The notes below the pieces were generated by a model that was given only the letters and a program-made list of their open reading frames with translations, was not told where the DNA came from and ran no database searches. This document shows, piece by piece, positions 8,914 to 19,710 of a stretch of DNA of 64,000 nt. A program made the translations under genes and the position numbers. Every line of letters starts with the position of its first letter. The first letter of the stretch is position 1. Source of the stretch: an uncultured Gammaproteobacteria bacterium (GTDB lineage Bacteria > Pseudomonadota > Gammaproteobacteria > JAURND01); contig CAWCOU010000006.1 of the NCBI GenBank assembly GCA_963797335.1, forward strand, positions 760,483-824,482, in the 5' to 3' direction.

Positions 8914-9612
8914 TTAGTTTCGATTCCCTGAAAATGCGCCGAGGATGTTTAATAGGCTGAGGAATAAATTATATAGGGCGATGTAGATGGAGAGGGTGGC
9001 CATAATGTAATTGCGCTCACCGCCATGGATGATCTGGCTGGTGTGGAATAAAATCAGGCCGGAGGAGATCAGCGCAAATGCACCGGAAACGACTAACTGT
9101 AAGCCTGGCATGTGGAAGAACAAAGCAGCAATACCGGCGAGAAAAGCCACTAAAACGGCAGCGAATAGAAATCCGCCCAGGTAGCTGAAGTCGGTGCGGG
9201 TTTTTAATGCATAAGCCGAAAGAGCTAAGAAGATGGCCCCGGTACCGCCTAAGGCAGCGGTGACGATCTGGCCGCCATTCACATAGCCGTGGACAAAGGA
9301 ATTGATGATAGGCCCTAGGGTGTAACCCATAAACCCGGTGAATGCGAAGGCTGCTAAGATGCCTAAAAAGGAATTGCGTAGTACTGAGACTAGCAAGGAT
9401 AAGCCAAACATGCCGACCAGGAAGACGATAGGACCTGGCCCTTTTACGTTAGCCTGCATGGCCCAGGCGGCAATGGCAGCGCTGAATAATAGGGTTAAGC
9501 TGAGTAAAAAATAGGTATTGCGTAATACCGCGTTAGTCGCTAATGCCGATTCGGATCTAATCGTCGTGGACTGTGGGTAAGGTTGCATATGCATAGCTCC
9601 AAAGTATCTCAA
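8914..9612 (-). CDS. Bax inhibitor-1/YccA family membrane protein
   Basis: 232 aa, 7 predicted TM segments, C-terminal motif HTSQIIHGGERNYIMATLSIYIALYNLFLSLLNILG typical of the BI-1/YccA (TMBIM) family. Confidence 0.7.
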   Translation of the reverse strand: MRYFGAMHMQPYPQSTTIRSESALATNAVLRNTYFLLSLTLLFSAAIAAWAMQANVKGPGPIVFLVGMFGLSLLVSVLRNSFLGILAAFAFTGFMGYTLGPIINSFVHGYVNGGQIVTAALGGTGAIFLALSAYALKTRTDFSYLGGFLFAAVLVAFLAGIAALFFHMPGLQLVVSGAFALISSGLILFHTSQIIHGGERNYIMATLSIYIALYNLFLSLLNILGAFSGNRN

Positions 9613-9875
9613 AGTAGTTTCTGGGCGCAGACCAAGCTAAGAAAGTTCTTAGCTAAGTCCTATGCGCAGGACCGCTCGCGACCAGATCACTCGTCGTTCC
9701 GGCATGAATGCCAGGGCGATGAGCCTATGTAAGGTGGGAGCAGCTATAAATTTTTATCATTTATTAGTATTATTTGTTTGGGGTTATTATACCATATTTT
9801 TTCGCAGTAGAAACGGGTAACAGTTCAGCCCCAGTGTGCCAAAGATAGGGGTGCCTGAGCTCACCAGGGATAGGA

Positions 9876-11141
9876 TTAACGCGAGCCTTGGCGTTGGGCT
9901 AGTTGTTTAACGGCTTCTCGTTCCAATAAGCGGGATAACTTGTGTTCTAGACTTTCTCTGGCTGGCGTCTCTGCCTCTACTGGTTGTAAATCGAACGCCG
10001 AGGATTCCATCTGGTGGGTATTGGCTAGAATCAGCGGGGTGTCTTCAGGCCGCACCACTAACCCTTCACGGATCGTCCGTCCGGATGGCACTACATTAGC
10101 AGACCTTGACTGCTTTGACTGGCTCAAAAAATAACTGGATTTCGACTTCAACGACGGGTCTGCTGCGGATTCCGAATCTCGAAGATAAAAACGGCTAAAA
10201 CGTAAGGTGGCGGTCTGCACCACCAAACCCAATGACACAAATTGCCGGCAAATTTCCAACCAAACTTGAGTATAACCACAGGCATCCCGGAAAAACTGAA
10301 TCAACCGGGGGCATTCTAAAAATAAGCCACCACCCGCCAAGGTATACAAAGCTGCTTTTGGGTGGTTGATTAAAATACTGCCGTTGTGCAACCCTTGCTG
10401 TAACCAGGCTAAAAATGCTTCACCTAACCGGGTTTCTTCGGCGTATTTGATAGGCAGATTCAGCGGCGGTAATTGCCGTTCGGGTAACTCCATGACTCGC
10501 TTATGCACTAACCGCAGCAGGTCAAGCAAAGCTCCGCCAGAAGCGCTGTCTTCCATAAAGGCACCCAACCACATTTGGGCAATGCGTGGGTCTTCCATTA
10601 ACCAATTAAATCCGGCCGACGGTATTAACTGGCGAGCAAGCACCAGCGGTGACATGATTTCCAAGCTTTTCCACCGGTGGTCCTGCCAGAATCGTAATTT
10701 ATAATAATCCCCATGGCCTACTAAAGGCCCTTCGTACGGGGACCAGGCCTGAATAAAACCGCCGTGCTCATCAGAAATCAGCACTTTTTGTTGGCTAACC
10801 ACCTTGCCTATGTCTTGCAAGAGGGCGGCACTAAATACCGCATACGCGTAGTTAGCAGCAAATTGGTTGCCTGCCCCCTCTCGGTAGGATTGCAAGGCAA
10901 AATCGGCCCGTTCCAAACCATAGTCCATCAAACTGCCGTCACGACCGCCGGGCTGAAAAGGTAAGGCTTGCACCAATTCGACAAACTGATAAATCAAGGG
11001 TTGATAGAAGGCGGTAAAGAAACGCTCTTCTAAGCCGCTGTATTTTTTGTATTTTTCTAGCAGCAGGTAGCGTTTAGGATGCGCTAGTAATTCTTCCGCC
11101 GACAATACGGGGTAAAGCGGGGTTTTATTTTCTACTGACAT
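9876..11141 (-). CDS. Hypothetical protein, 421 aa, with a basic Ser/Lys-rich and Glu-rich C-terminal tail
   Basis: Long ORF with good coding appearance, divergent from leuS. I recognise no family with confidence. It has a faint resemblance to the N-terminal HD-like domain of MobH/TraI_2 relaxases (LPFQPGGRDGSLMDYGLERADFAL), but the His pair is absent. Confidence 0.6.
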   Translation of the reverse strand: MSVENKTPLYPVLSAEELLAHPKRYLLLEKYKKYSGLEERFFTAFYQPLIYQFVELVQALPFQPGGRDGSLMDYGLERADFALQSYREGAGNQFAANYAYAVFSAALLQDIGKVVSQQKVLISDEHGGFIQAWSPYEGPLVGHGDYYKLRFWQDHRWKSLEIMSPLVLARQLIPSAGFNWLMEDPRIAQMWLGAFMEDSASGGALLDLLRLVHKRVMELPERQLPPLNLPIKYAEETRLGEAFLAWLQQGLHNGSILINHPKAALYTLAGGGLFLECPRLIQFFRDACGYTQVWLEICRQFVSLGLVVQTATLRFSRFYLRDSESAADPSLKSKSSYFLSQSKQSRSANVVPSGRTIREGLVVRPEDTPLILANTHQMESSAFDLQPVEAETPARESLEHKLSRLLEREAVKQLAQRQGSR

Positions 11142-11287
11142 GTGAACACTCTGGAGCCAAGAGAGACCGCTGGTGCGGCACAGCTATTTTTGCTGTTTAC
11201 GCAGCGGGAATTGTCTGGATGTGACAAATCAACTTAACCCAGAGTATACTACAAAATCGTTCCCTACAGAAATATGAAAACTGCATT

Positions 11288-13747
11288 ATGGAAAAATCCT
11301 ATCAACCGCAATTAATCGAACAAGAAGCTCAACAATATTGGGTTGAGCACGGCTCTTTTGTCGCCAAAGAAGATATCAGTAAAGAAAAATTCTATTGCCT
11401 GGCCATGCTGCCCTACCCCAGCGGCGAATTGCACATGGGCCATGTCCGCAATTATACGATTCCCGATATTATTACCCGCTACCAACGGATGCGTGGCAAG
11501 AACGTGTTACAGCCCATGGGCTGGGATGCGTTTGGTTTGCCCGCCGAAAATGCCGCCTTAAAAAATAACGCCTCACCTGCGCAATGGACACAGCAAAATA
11601 TCCAAGACATGCGCCATCAGCTGCAGCGTTTGGGGTTTGCCATTGATTGGCGTCGCGAGCTGAACACGTCAGATCCCTCGTATTATCGTTGGGAACAATG
11701 GTTGTTCACCCGCCTCTTTAAAAAAGGGCTGGCTTACCGTAAAAATTCCGTCGTCAATTGGGATCCTGTCGACAAAACCGTACTCGCCAATGAGCAAGTC
11801 ATTGATGGCAAAGGCTGGCGATCCGGCGCTTTAGTGGAACGGCGGGAAATTCCGCAATGGTTTTTGAAAATTACCCAGTATGCCGACGAGCTGTTGCAAG
11901 AGCTACCCAATCTAACCGGCTGGCCAGAACAAGTGCGGGTTATGCAGGAAAACTGGATCGGCCGTTCCGAAGGGACGACTATCCATTTTGAAGTGGCCGG
12001 TTCGGATGAGAAAATCCATGCCTATACCACACGCTCCGATACGTTGATGGGTGTGACTTACCTGGCTATCGCCCCCGAACATCCGTTGGCGAAAGCAGCG
12101 GCTTTGACCAATCCTGCCATCGCCCAATTTTTGGTGGATTGCCAACACATCAAAGTGTCTGAGTCGGAATTGGCCACCCTCCCTAAACAAGGTTTCGATA
12201 CGGGCATGCGCGCCATTCACCCGATTACGGGTGATCAAATTCCTATTTGGGTTGCCAATTACGTCTTGATGGAATATGGCGCCGGTGCCGTCATGGCAGT
12301 GCCCGCCCACGATCAACGCGATTTTGAATTTGCGCAGCATTACTTTTTAAGGCTGCAACCGGTCATTATTCCTAATGACGGTTCACCTGTGGATTACCAG
12401 CATAAAGCGTTTACGGAACGTGGCGTATTAATTAATTCGGGTCGATTCGATGGCATGACTTCTCACGAAGCCAAGCAGGCGATCACGGATTATTTGGTGG
12501 TGCACGGTTTAGGGGAAAGACAAACCCATTACCGCTTGCGTGATTGGGGCATTTCTCGGCAACGGTATTGGGGCACCCCCATACCGATCATTTACTGCCC
12601 AAATTGCCAAGCTGTGCCTGTACCCGAAGAAGATTTACCCGTCTTATTACCTGATAACCTGGTGTTAACCGACCCCACCTCCCCTCTCAAAACTTTACCA
12701 GAATTCTACGAAACGATTTGCCCGGAATGTGGCGCTGCTGCGACACGAGAAACCGATACGTTTGATACGTTTATGGAATCGTCTTGGTATTACACTCGTT
12801 ACGCGTGCTTTGACCAAAACAACGCTATGCTCGATAGCCGGGTGCGTTATTGGATGCCAGTCGACCAATACGTCGGTGGCATTGAACACGCGGTATTACA
12901 TTTACTTTATGCCCGATTTATTTATAAAGTGCTGCGTGATGAAGGGTTAGTGGCTGGCAAAGAACCGTTTGCTCGGTTATTGACACAGGGCATGGTGTTG
13001 AAGAATGGTGCGAAGATGTCGAAATCCAAGGGTAATACGGTTTCGCCTACGGGTTTGATCGCCCAATACGGGGCAGACACGGTGCGGTTATTCACTATGT
13101 TTGCTTCGCCACCGGAGCAATCGTTGGAGTGGTCGGACAGCGGTGTGGAAGGTGCGTATCGTTTTTTAAAACGGGTGTGGGCCTGGCAGGAACCTTTGCA
13201 ACCGCTGATTCATCAATGGTTGGTCAGCGACGAGTTGCTTGATTTTACCCAGTTACCTGAAGAACAAAAATTGTGGCGACGTGAATTCCACGAGTTATTG
13301 CAACAAGCCAATTACGATATGGAGCGGCAACAGTATAATACCGTAGTTTCTGCGGCGATGAAGTTGTTTAATGTGCTGAGTAAAATTCCAGGTGTGGCTG
13401 ACAATATTCCGTTGATTGCTGAAGGTTTCAGTTTATTGTTACGTTTGTTATCACCGATTACTCCGCATATCACGCATCATTTGTGGCGGCAATGTGGTTA
13501 TGGTGAGGATATTCTTTATGCTTCTTGGCCGAAAGTGGATAGTAAGGCACTGAAGACAACCCATGCGACGTTGGCTGTACAAATTAATGGTAAATTGCGC
13601 GGTCAAATTCAAGTGCCGTTTGAAGCGGAGATTACCATGGTTGAGCAGATTGCGCTGAGTGACCCCCATATTCAGCGGTTTATGGAGAATAAGGTACCGA
13701 AGAAGATTATTGTGGTGCCGAAAAAGTTGGTGAGTATTGTTATATAG
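11288..13747 (+). CDS. leuS: Leucyl-tRNA synthetase
   Basis: 819 aa, HIGH-type motif HMGHVRNY, KMSKS motif KMSKSKGN, collinear with LeuS. Confidence 0.97.
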   Translation: MEKSYQPQLIEQEAQQYWVEHGSFVAKEDISKEKFYCLAMLPYPSGELHMGHVRNYTIPDIITRYQRMRGKNVLQPMGWDAFGLPAENAALKNNASPAQWTQQNIQDMRHQLQRLGFAIDWRRELNTSDPSYYRWEQWLFTRLFKKGLAYRKNSVVNWDPVDKTVLANEQVIDGKGWRSGALVERREIPQWFLKITQYADELLQELPNLTGWPEQVRVMQENWIGRSEGTTIHFEVAGSDEKIHAYTTRSDTLMGVTYLAIAPEHPLAKAAALTNPAIAQFLVDCQHIKVSESELATLPKQGFDTGMRAIHPITGDQIPIWVANYVLMEYGAGAVMAVPAHDQRDFEFAQHYFLRLQPVIIPNDGSPVDYQHKAFTERGVLINSGRFDGMTSHEAKQAITDYLVVHGLGERQTHYRLRDWGISRQRYWGTPIPIIYCPNCQAVPVPEEDLPVLLPDNLVLTDPTSPLKTLPEFYETICPECGAAATRETDTFDTFMESSWYYTRYACFDQNNAMLDSRVRYWMPVDQYVGGIEHAVLHLLYARFIYKVLRDEGLVAGKEPFARLLTQGMVLKNGAKMSKSKGNTVSPTGLIAQYGADTVRLFTMFASPPEQSLEWSDSGVEGAYRFLKRVWAWQEPLQPLIHQWLVSDELLDFTQLPEEQKLWRREFHELLQQANYDMERQQYNTVVSAAMKLFNVLSKIPGVADNIPLIAEGFSLLLRLLSPITPHITHHLWRQCGYGEDILYASWPKVDSKALKTTHATLAVQINGKLRGQIQVPFEAEITMVEQIALSDPHIQRFMENKVPKKIIVVPKKLVSIVI

Positions 13748-13774
13748 TACCCCCCTCTCTCCCACTCTATGGCT

Positions 13775-14060
13775 AGGGTATGCCCACATCTTTCTCAGCC
13801 AGCTGTGAATGAATATTAGATTAGGGGTTAGCACTGTACGCCCCCTCTCCCGCGCGAGGGGCTTGAATAAAGGCTCTGAACTTGTTCGCGGGAGAGGGTT
13901 GGGGAGAGGGCGAATGGAAGCGCGCGACTTTACCCTCTCCCCTAACCCTCTCCCGCGAATAGGTTTGCAGCTTTTGCCCAAACTTCTCGCGCGGGAGAGG
14001 GGGTTTACAGTGCTAATCGTTAATCGAGTGCCTACTCACAGTTGACTAAAGAGAAGAGGG
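13775..14060. repeat. Repeat family F1 copy 1: ~290-bp nested palindromic MITE-like element filling the convergent leuS/pnp gap
   Basis: Outer arms ttagcactgtacgccccctctcccgcgcgagggg / cctctcgcgcgggagagggggtttacagtgctaa, inner arms ttcgcgggagagggttggggagagggcg / ccctctcccctaaccctctcccgcgaa, and terminal agggtatgc.cacatcttt...cag.caact.tga motifs. Near-identical copies at 26184-26480 and 57426-57721. Confidence 0.8.
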
Positions 14061-14081
14061 AGAAGGATTCACTATTTTGTT

Positions 14082-16232
14082 TTAAGCGTTTACTCCGGCT
14101 TCTTTCATGCTGAGGCGGATGCGGCCTTGGCGGTCAATTTCTAGCACTTTGACAGTGACTTTCTGGCCTTCGTGCAGCTTGTCTTCGACCTTGTCTACGC
14201 GTTCATTGCAGATTTGCGAGATATGCACCAACCCTTGCTTATTCGGTAAAATAGCCACGAAAGCGCCGAAGTCCATGAGCTTAACTACGGTTCCCTCATA
14301 GATAGCGCCAATTTCTACTTCGGCGACGATCGCTTCAATGCGGCGACGCGCTTCTGCCGCTGCAGCATTATCGGTAGCAGCGATTTTGATCACACCATCA
14401 TCACTGATATCAATCACCGCGCCAGTGGATTCCGTCAACTCACGAATGGTGACCCCGCCCTTGCCAATCACTTCCCTAATTTTATCGGGATTGATTTTAA
14501 AGGTGGTGATGCGGGGTGCATAATTCGAGATGTCCACGCGCGGAATGCTAATCGCGGTATTCATAATATTTAAAATATGCAAGCGTCCTTCTTTGGCCTG
14601 TGCCAATGCCCGCTCCATAATTTCCGCAGTAATGCCTTCTATTTTAATATCCATTTGTAAGGCTGTAATACCTTCGGCTGTTCCCGCGACTTTAAAATCC
14701 ATATCGCCTAAATGATCTTCATCACCTAAAATATCGCTAATGATCGCGAATGCATCACCTTCTTTGATTAAGCCCATGGCAATACCTGCCACCGGGGCTT
14801 TAATGGGTACTCCGGCATCCATTAACGATAAACTGCTACCGCAGACGCTGGCCATTGAACTGGAACCATTGGATTCGGTGATTTCCGACACCACACGCAC
14901 CACGTATGGAAATTGTTGCAAGGTCGGCATCACGGCTGCCATCGCTCGTTTTGCCAAACGACCATGACCAATTTCACGACGTTTGGGGGAGCCGACCATA
15001 CCCACTTCAGCCACGGAATACGGGGGGAAATTGTAATGAAGTAAGAATGGATCTTTGCGTTCCCCTGTCAACTCATCCATGGTTTGGGCATCTCGTTCAG
15101 TGCCTAAAGTCGCGACCACGATCGCCTGGGTCTCACCTCGGGTGAATAAGGCGGAACCATGGGTGCGCGGCAAGATTCCTGTTTTCACTTGAATGGGACG
15201 AATGGTTCGATTATCACGACCATCGATTCGTGGCTGACCGACCAGTATGGTCTGACGTACGCATTTTTCTTCGATGCGGCCGATGATTTTTTTCACGGTT
15301 TCTGCCTTCGGCGCTTCTAAATCTTCAGTGCATAATTCGGCAATTAATTCCTGGCTTATTTGCTGCAAACGCGGTTTTCGTGCCAATTTTTCACGAATCT
15401 GATAGGCGCTTTGAATGGCAGAAGTCACTTTGTCGGAAATTTTTTGTTCCAACGCCGCATCATCGACGTGCGGCTGCCACGACCACGGCGTTATTTCACC
15501 ACTTTCGGCGACCATTTCTTTAATGGCCTGGATGACGACTTGCATTTGTTGATGACCGAACATGACTGCGCCCAGCATCACTTCTTCGGATAATTCTTTA
15601 GCCTCAGACTCGACCATCAGTACCGCGTGTTCGGTACCGGCAACCACGAGGTCTAACTGGGAATCCTGCAGCTGCTTGAGGCTGGGATTTAGTTGATAAG
15701 CGCCATCGCGATAGCCCACTTTTGCGGCTGCTACCGGTCCATTGAAAGGAATGCCAGATAATGCTAATGCGGCAGAAGCGCCAATGATGGCGGGGATGTC
15801 GCTATCAATTTCGGGATCCAGCGATAATACGGTGGCAATGATTTGCACGTCATCGGTGAAACCTTCGGGGAATAATGGCCGTAACGGTCTGTCGATCAGT
15901 CGGGAGATGAGGGTTTCTCGTTCGGTAGGACGACCTTCGCGTTTAAAATAGCCGCCTGGAATTTTACCTGCTGCGTAGGTGCGCTCTTGGTAATTGACGG
16001 TTAATGGGAAGAAGTCGCGGCTAGCGGCGGAAGCAACACCGACCACGGTGGCCAGTACCACGGTATCGCCCATGCGCACTAATACAGCGCCGGAAGCTTG
16101 TCTGGCGATGGCGCCTGATTCTAAGGTCACCTTATGTTGGCCGTATTGAAATGTTTTTGTTAACTCTTTCACTAAAATATCCTTTGGTAAAATTCGTTGT
16201 TTGGTTTGTTGTTCACCTTGGGAGTAGGTCAT
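14082..16232 (-). CDS. pnp: Polynucleotide phosphorylase (polyribonucleotide nucleotidyltransferase)
   Basis: 716-aa ORF with two RNase PH domains, KH and S1 domains. The true start may be the GTG at 16172 ([13 protein letters not shown] aligns with the E. coli PNPase N-terminus; AAGGA lies 9 nt upstream). Confidence 0.95.
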   Translation of the reverse strand: MTYSQGEQQTKQRILPKDILVKELTKTFQYGQHKVTLESGAIARQASGAVLVRMGDTVVLATVVGVASAASRDFFPLTVNYQERTYAAGKIPGGYFKREGRPTERETLISRLIDRPLRPLFPEGFTDDVQIIATVLSLDPEIDSDIPAIIGASAALALSGIPFNGPVAAAKVGYRDGAYQLNPSLKQLQDSQLDLVVAGTEHAVLMVESEAKELSEEVMLGAVMFGHQQMQVVIQAIKEMVAESGEITPWSWQPHVDDAALEQKISDKVTSAIQSAYQIREKLARKPRLQQISQELIAELCTEDLEAPKAETVKKIIGRIEEKCVRQTILVGQPRIDGRDNRTIRPIQVKTGILPRTHGSALFTRGETQAIVVATLGTERDAQTMDELTGERKDPFLLHYNFPPYSVAEVGMVGSPKRREIGHGRLAKRAMAAVMPTLQQFPYVVRVVSEITESNGSSSMASVCGSSLSLMDAGVPIKAPVAGIAMGLIKEGDAFAIISDILGDEDHLGDMDFKVAGTAEGITALQMDIKIEGITAEIMERALAQAKEGRLHILNIMNTAISIPRVDISNYAPRITTFKINPDKIREVIGKGGVTIRELTESTGAVIDISDDGVIKIAATDNAAAAEARRRIEAIVAEVEIGAIYEGTVVKLMDFGAFVAILPNKQGLVHISQICNERVDKVEDKLHEGQKVTVKVLEIDRQGRIRLSMKEAGVNA

Positions 16233-16351
16233 GGTACTCGCATTGACTTAATTCCACCATTCACCAAGCGTCGTCTCAGCATGGGGCCGGAACGATGTAC
16301 TTGGTGTATGAGTGAATGCGATTGCCATGGCTGACGCTCCCAGGCGTTTTC

Positions 16352-16621
16352 CTAGTATCTGATGTTGAGTCGGCCAATTAAGGTACGATAGCGCTCTAAA
16401 CTTTCTCGTTTGAGGTAGTCTAGTAGTTTGCGGCGTAGGCTGACCATGCGCAGTAGACCTCGACGTGAGTGGTGGTCTTTGTGGTGTGCTTTGAAGTGAT
16501 CGGTCAGTTTGTTGATGCGATGTGTTAGTAGCGCGGTTTGTACTTCGGTGGATCCGGTGTCGCCGGCAAATAGTTGGTATTCTTCGACGATTTTGGCTTT
16601 TTCTGTTGCGGTCAATGACAT
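16352..16621 (-). CDS. rpsO: 30S ribosomal protein S15
   Basis: 89 aa from the internal Met ([16 protein letters not shown]...). The ORF-track 125-aa form is an upstream read-through. rpsO-pnp synteny. Confidence 0.93.
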   Translation of the reverse strand: MSLTATEKAKIVEEYQLFAGDTGSTEVQTALLTHRINKLTDHFKAHHKDHHSRRGLLRMVSLRRKLLDYLKRESLERYRTLIGRLNIRY

Positions 16622-16758
16622 AAAATTCCCCTTTGTGGTGTGAACCGGCACCGCTGTCATGTGCAGGAACCGGTGGTTATTGGGTAAAAGTAAACGTGGA
16701 AGGGTATACTGCTCGGCGATAAATAGCAAGCCAGTCTATCACTGTGCGTTCTGAGAGA

Positions 16759-16905
16759 GGTGCCACTCCACGCATGAAGTATCCCAGGGGCTGGCTGCAA
16801 ACACGCATAAATACGTCCATCGTAGCTCCCTAATTCCTCCCTGAATTAGAGGGTTTGCATCCAGCCCCTGGGATACTTCATGCTTACTTGGGCAGAACAC
16901 CCGTT
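16759..16905. repeat. Repeat family F3 copy (palindrome catgaagtatcccaggggctggctgca ... tgcatccagcccctgggatacttcatg)
   Basis: Inverted arms seen directly. Copies at 42134-42320 and 43879-44078. Confidence 0.75.
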
Positions 16906-17007
16906 GTCCCGGCACAGGCGTCAACTTAAAGTAACTCCTTCTCCCATCGGGAGAAGGATATTTAAACAAGGGTGGGCAAGCATAGCGTGCCCACCTTTTG
17001 GCAGAGT

Positions 17008-19659
17008 CTATGAGAGGCTTTTGCTCACCACTTCATAGACATCGTTGGAGAGGGGTTTTTGTTCGGCGATGCGTTGTAGTTGCGCACGCATGAGGGACTG
17101 GCGGGTGGGGTCGAATTTTCGCCAGCGGGTTAGGGGTTCTAGGATGCGGGCGGCGAGTTGGGGGTTGAAGTGATCGATTTTTAGCACGTAGTCAGCTAGA
17201 AAAGCGTAGCCGTCGCCGGTTAAGGTGTGGAAGCACACGGGGTTGCTGGTGGCGAACGTGCCAATTAAGGCGCGGACACGGTTGGGGTTGTGCAACACAA
17301 ACGAGGGGTGTTGGGTTAGGGATTTCACCACTGCTAAGGTATTGGGTAGGGGGGAGATCGCTTGTAGCGCTAACCATTTATCGACCACCAAATTTTCCTG
17401 ATGCCATCGATGGTAGAAAATCGACAGCAATTCTGTGCGTTCTTCGCAATCGATAGCATTTAATGCCTCTATTGCGCCCATGGTATCGGTCATATTGTTG
17501 GATTGCTTGAATTGCTGGGTGCAAAATGCGCGTGCTTTTGTATCCCCTAGACAGGCCAGGTAGTGTAATACTAAGTTTTTCAGGCGCCGTTTGGCCATGG
17601 CTTTGGTGTCTAGTTGGTAGATGCCACTGTCGCTATGCTGTTCGTAATAGGTTAGAAAAGGGGATTTTAAGGCCAGGGCAATATGTTTTTTCAACCATTG
17701 CCTGACATCGTGAATCGCATCGACATTAGCAATGGGCATACGTTGGATCAAATACGTTTCGGAAGGCAAGGTCAGCATCTCTGCCAACAATGCCTCATCG
17801 CCGCCGGCTTCAAACACTTTGCTTAGTGCGGTTAAGAACGAGTGTGGGATGGGTAATTCGATCTCCTGCTCGTAATTTTCAATCAATCGTAGCAATACCC
17901 GTTCCGCCAATTGTTGGCCCGCATCCCAGCGGTTAAATAAATCATTATCATGCGACATCAGAAAAACCAGTTGTTCTTCGGTGTACGGGTAATCCAGTTT
18001 CACAGGTGCCGAGAAATTTCGTAATAAGGAAGGCGTCGGTCTCACCGGGATGTTGATAAAGGTGAAGGTTTGTTGCGGTTCTTGCACGGATAATACTCGC
18101 GTCGTCTGAGCTTGTTCTGCACTTTCATTGGCTAATTGCAGCGGCAAATCGCGACCTTGGTCGTCTAGCAATCCTATGGCAAATGGAATATGAAACGGTT
18201 CTTTTACCGGCTGCCCTGGGGTGGGTGGGCAGGTTTGAGTCAGCGTTACTGTGTATATATGAGTATGGGGATCGTAATCGTCTTTCACCATCACTTCCGG
18301 CGTGCCTGCTTGTTTGTACCAATGACGGAATTGCGTTAAATCCAGTTTCGATATTTCTGCCATGGGTTTGATAAACTCGTCGACGGTTACCGGTTGGCCG
18401 TCATAGCGGCTAAAATATAGATCCATGGCTTGACGAAACAGCGTTGGGCCTAGCAAGGTATGTAACATACGAATCACTTCGGCACCTTTTTCGTAGACCG
18501 TGACGGTGTAAAAATTATTGATCTCGATGTAAGAATCCGGATAGATCGGATGCGCCATCGGGCCAGCGTCTTGCGCGAATTGGCTGCTGCGAATCGTTTT
18601 GACTTCATTAATACGCTTAACGGTCGGCGAAGTTTTATCGGCCGTGAATTGCGATTCACGAAATACAGTTAAACCTTCTTTCAAGGTAATTTGAAACCAA
18701 TCGCGCACCGTGACACGATTGCCAGACCAGTTATGAAAATATTCATGGCCGATGACGGCTTGGATATGAATAAAATCGTCATCCGTGGCTGTTTCCGGTC
18801 TAGCCAGAATGTATTTATCGTTAAAAATATTCAGCCCTTTATTTTCCATGGCGCCAAAATTAAAATCACTGACGCCGACGACCATATAGGTATTTAAATC
18901 GTATTCTCGACCGTATTTTTTTTCATCCCAGCGCATGGCTTCTTGTAATGACGCCATGGCGTATTCCGCTTGTTCGCGTTTTCCGGGTTCGACATAAACG
19001 GCCAGTTGCACGGAACGGCCAGATTGGGTAATAAAAGTATCGGTCAATACATCCAAATCGCCAGCGACTAATGCAAATAAATAACACGGTTTCAGGGTGG
19101 GGTCTTCCCATTTAACCCAATGTCGGTCTTCTTGCAATTCATGACTATCGGTTAAATCACCGTTGGATAATAAAATCGGGTACTTGGTTTTATCGGCAGT
19201 GATGGTGGTGGTGAAACGCGTTAACACATCCGGTCTGTCGAGAAAATAAGTAATGCGGCGAAAACCACGCGATTCACATTGCGTGCAAAAAATGGCGCCG
19301 CTTTTGTATAAACCGGTCAATTGTTTATTTTCTTGCGGCTGAATTTCTACCGTCGTTTCTAACATAAAGGTGTCACCGACATCAAACACCGTTAAGTGAT
19401 GATCGTTGACTTGATAACGTGAGGATAGTAATTCATCACCATCTAATAGAATGCGTTTCAGTTGCATTTTTTCGCCATCCAATATTAATGGCGGTCGTCC
19501 CTGAGTGAAGGCCGGATTACGGCGGACCTGAAGTATGGCGGTGACATGGGTGTTTTTTTCATGGAGGTCAAAGTGCAATAACACGTTGTCTAATAAAAAA
19601 GGGCTCGGTTGGTAATCATTTAAATAATGAACTTGCGGAGAATGGGTATGAGTGTGCAT
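17008..19659 (-). CDS. pepN: Aminopeptidase N (M1 family)
   Basis: 883 aa with GAMEN motif (GAMENKGLNIF) and zinc motif HEYFHNWSGNRVT. Confidence 0.95.
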   Translation of the reverse strand: MHTHTHSPQVHYLNDYQPSPFLLDNVLLHFDLHEKNTHVTAILQVRRNPAFTQGRPPLILDGEKMQLKRILLDGDELLSSRYQVNDHHLTVFDVGDTFMLETTVEIQPQENKQLTGLYKSGAIFCTQCESRGFRRITYFLDRPDVLTRFTTTITADKTKYPILLSNGDLTDSHELQEDRHWVKWEDPTLKPCYLFALVAGDLDVLTDTFITQSGRSVQLAVYVEPGKREQAEYAMASLQEAMRWDEKKYGREYDLNTYMVVGVSDFNFGAMENKGLNIFNDKYILARPETATDDDFIHIQAVIGHEYFHNWSGNRVTVRDWFQITLKEGLTVFRESQFTADKTSPTVKRINEVKTIRSSQFAQDAGPMAHPIYPDSYIEINNFYTVTVYEKGAEVIRMLHTLLGPTLFRQAMDLYFSRYDGQPVTVDEFIKPMAEISKLDLTQFRHWYKQAGTPEVMVKDDYDPHTHIYTVTLTQTCPPTPGQPVKEPFHIPFAIGLLDDQGRDLPLQLANESAEQAQTTRVLSVQEPQQTFTFINIPVRPTPSLLRNFSAPVKLDYPYTEEQLVFLMSHDNDLFNRWDAGQQLAERVLLRLIENYEQEIELPIPHSFLTALSKVFEAGGDEALLAEMLTLPSETYLIQRMPIANVDAIHDVRQWLKKHIALALKSPFLTYYEQHSDSGIYQLDTKAMAKRRLKNLVLHYLACLGDTKARAFCTQQFKQSNNMTDTMGAIEALNAIDCEERTELLSIFYHRWHQENLVVDKWLALQAISPLPNTLAVVKSLTQHPSFVLHNPNRVRALIGTFATSNPVCFHTLTGDGYAFLADYVLKIDHFNPQLAARILEPLTRWRKFDPTRQSLMRAQLQRIAEQKPLSNDVYEVVSKSLS

Positions 19660-19710
19660 AAACTATCCTAAAAATGAACTACTTTAACGTCGCTCCTGAG
19701 AGCACGGGCT

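Noticed and set aside
13451-14045. ORFs in F1 repeats encoding peptides that begin MGKSCKPIRGRGLGERVKSRA (13451-13981 and 26274-26537); also ORFs 57417-57687
   Set aside because: The identical peptides arise only because the nested-palindrome repeat is read through. They have no RBS context and the palindromic DNA gives a symmetric ORF on both strands.
14107-15951. Multiple 60-80-aa plus-strand ORFs within pnp, with similar antisense ORFs inside uvrC, pepN, cysS, lepA, dnaB and folC
   Set aside because: They are antisense to strongly supported conserved genes and are typical frame artefacts.
16622-16969. The 125-aa form of rpsO and the 76-aa ORF 16739-16969
   Set aside because: S15 is 89 aa from the internal Met, and the upstream extension is read-through of the pnp/rpsO region. 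ORF 16739-16969 lies inside the F3 palindrome.
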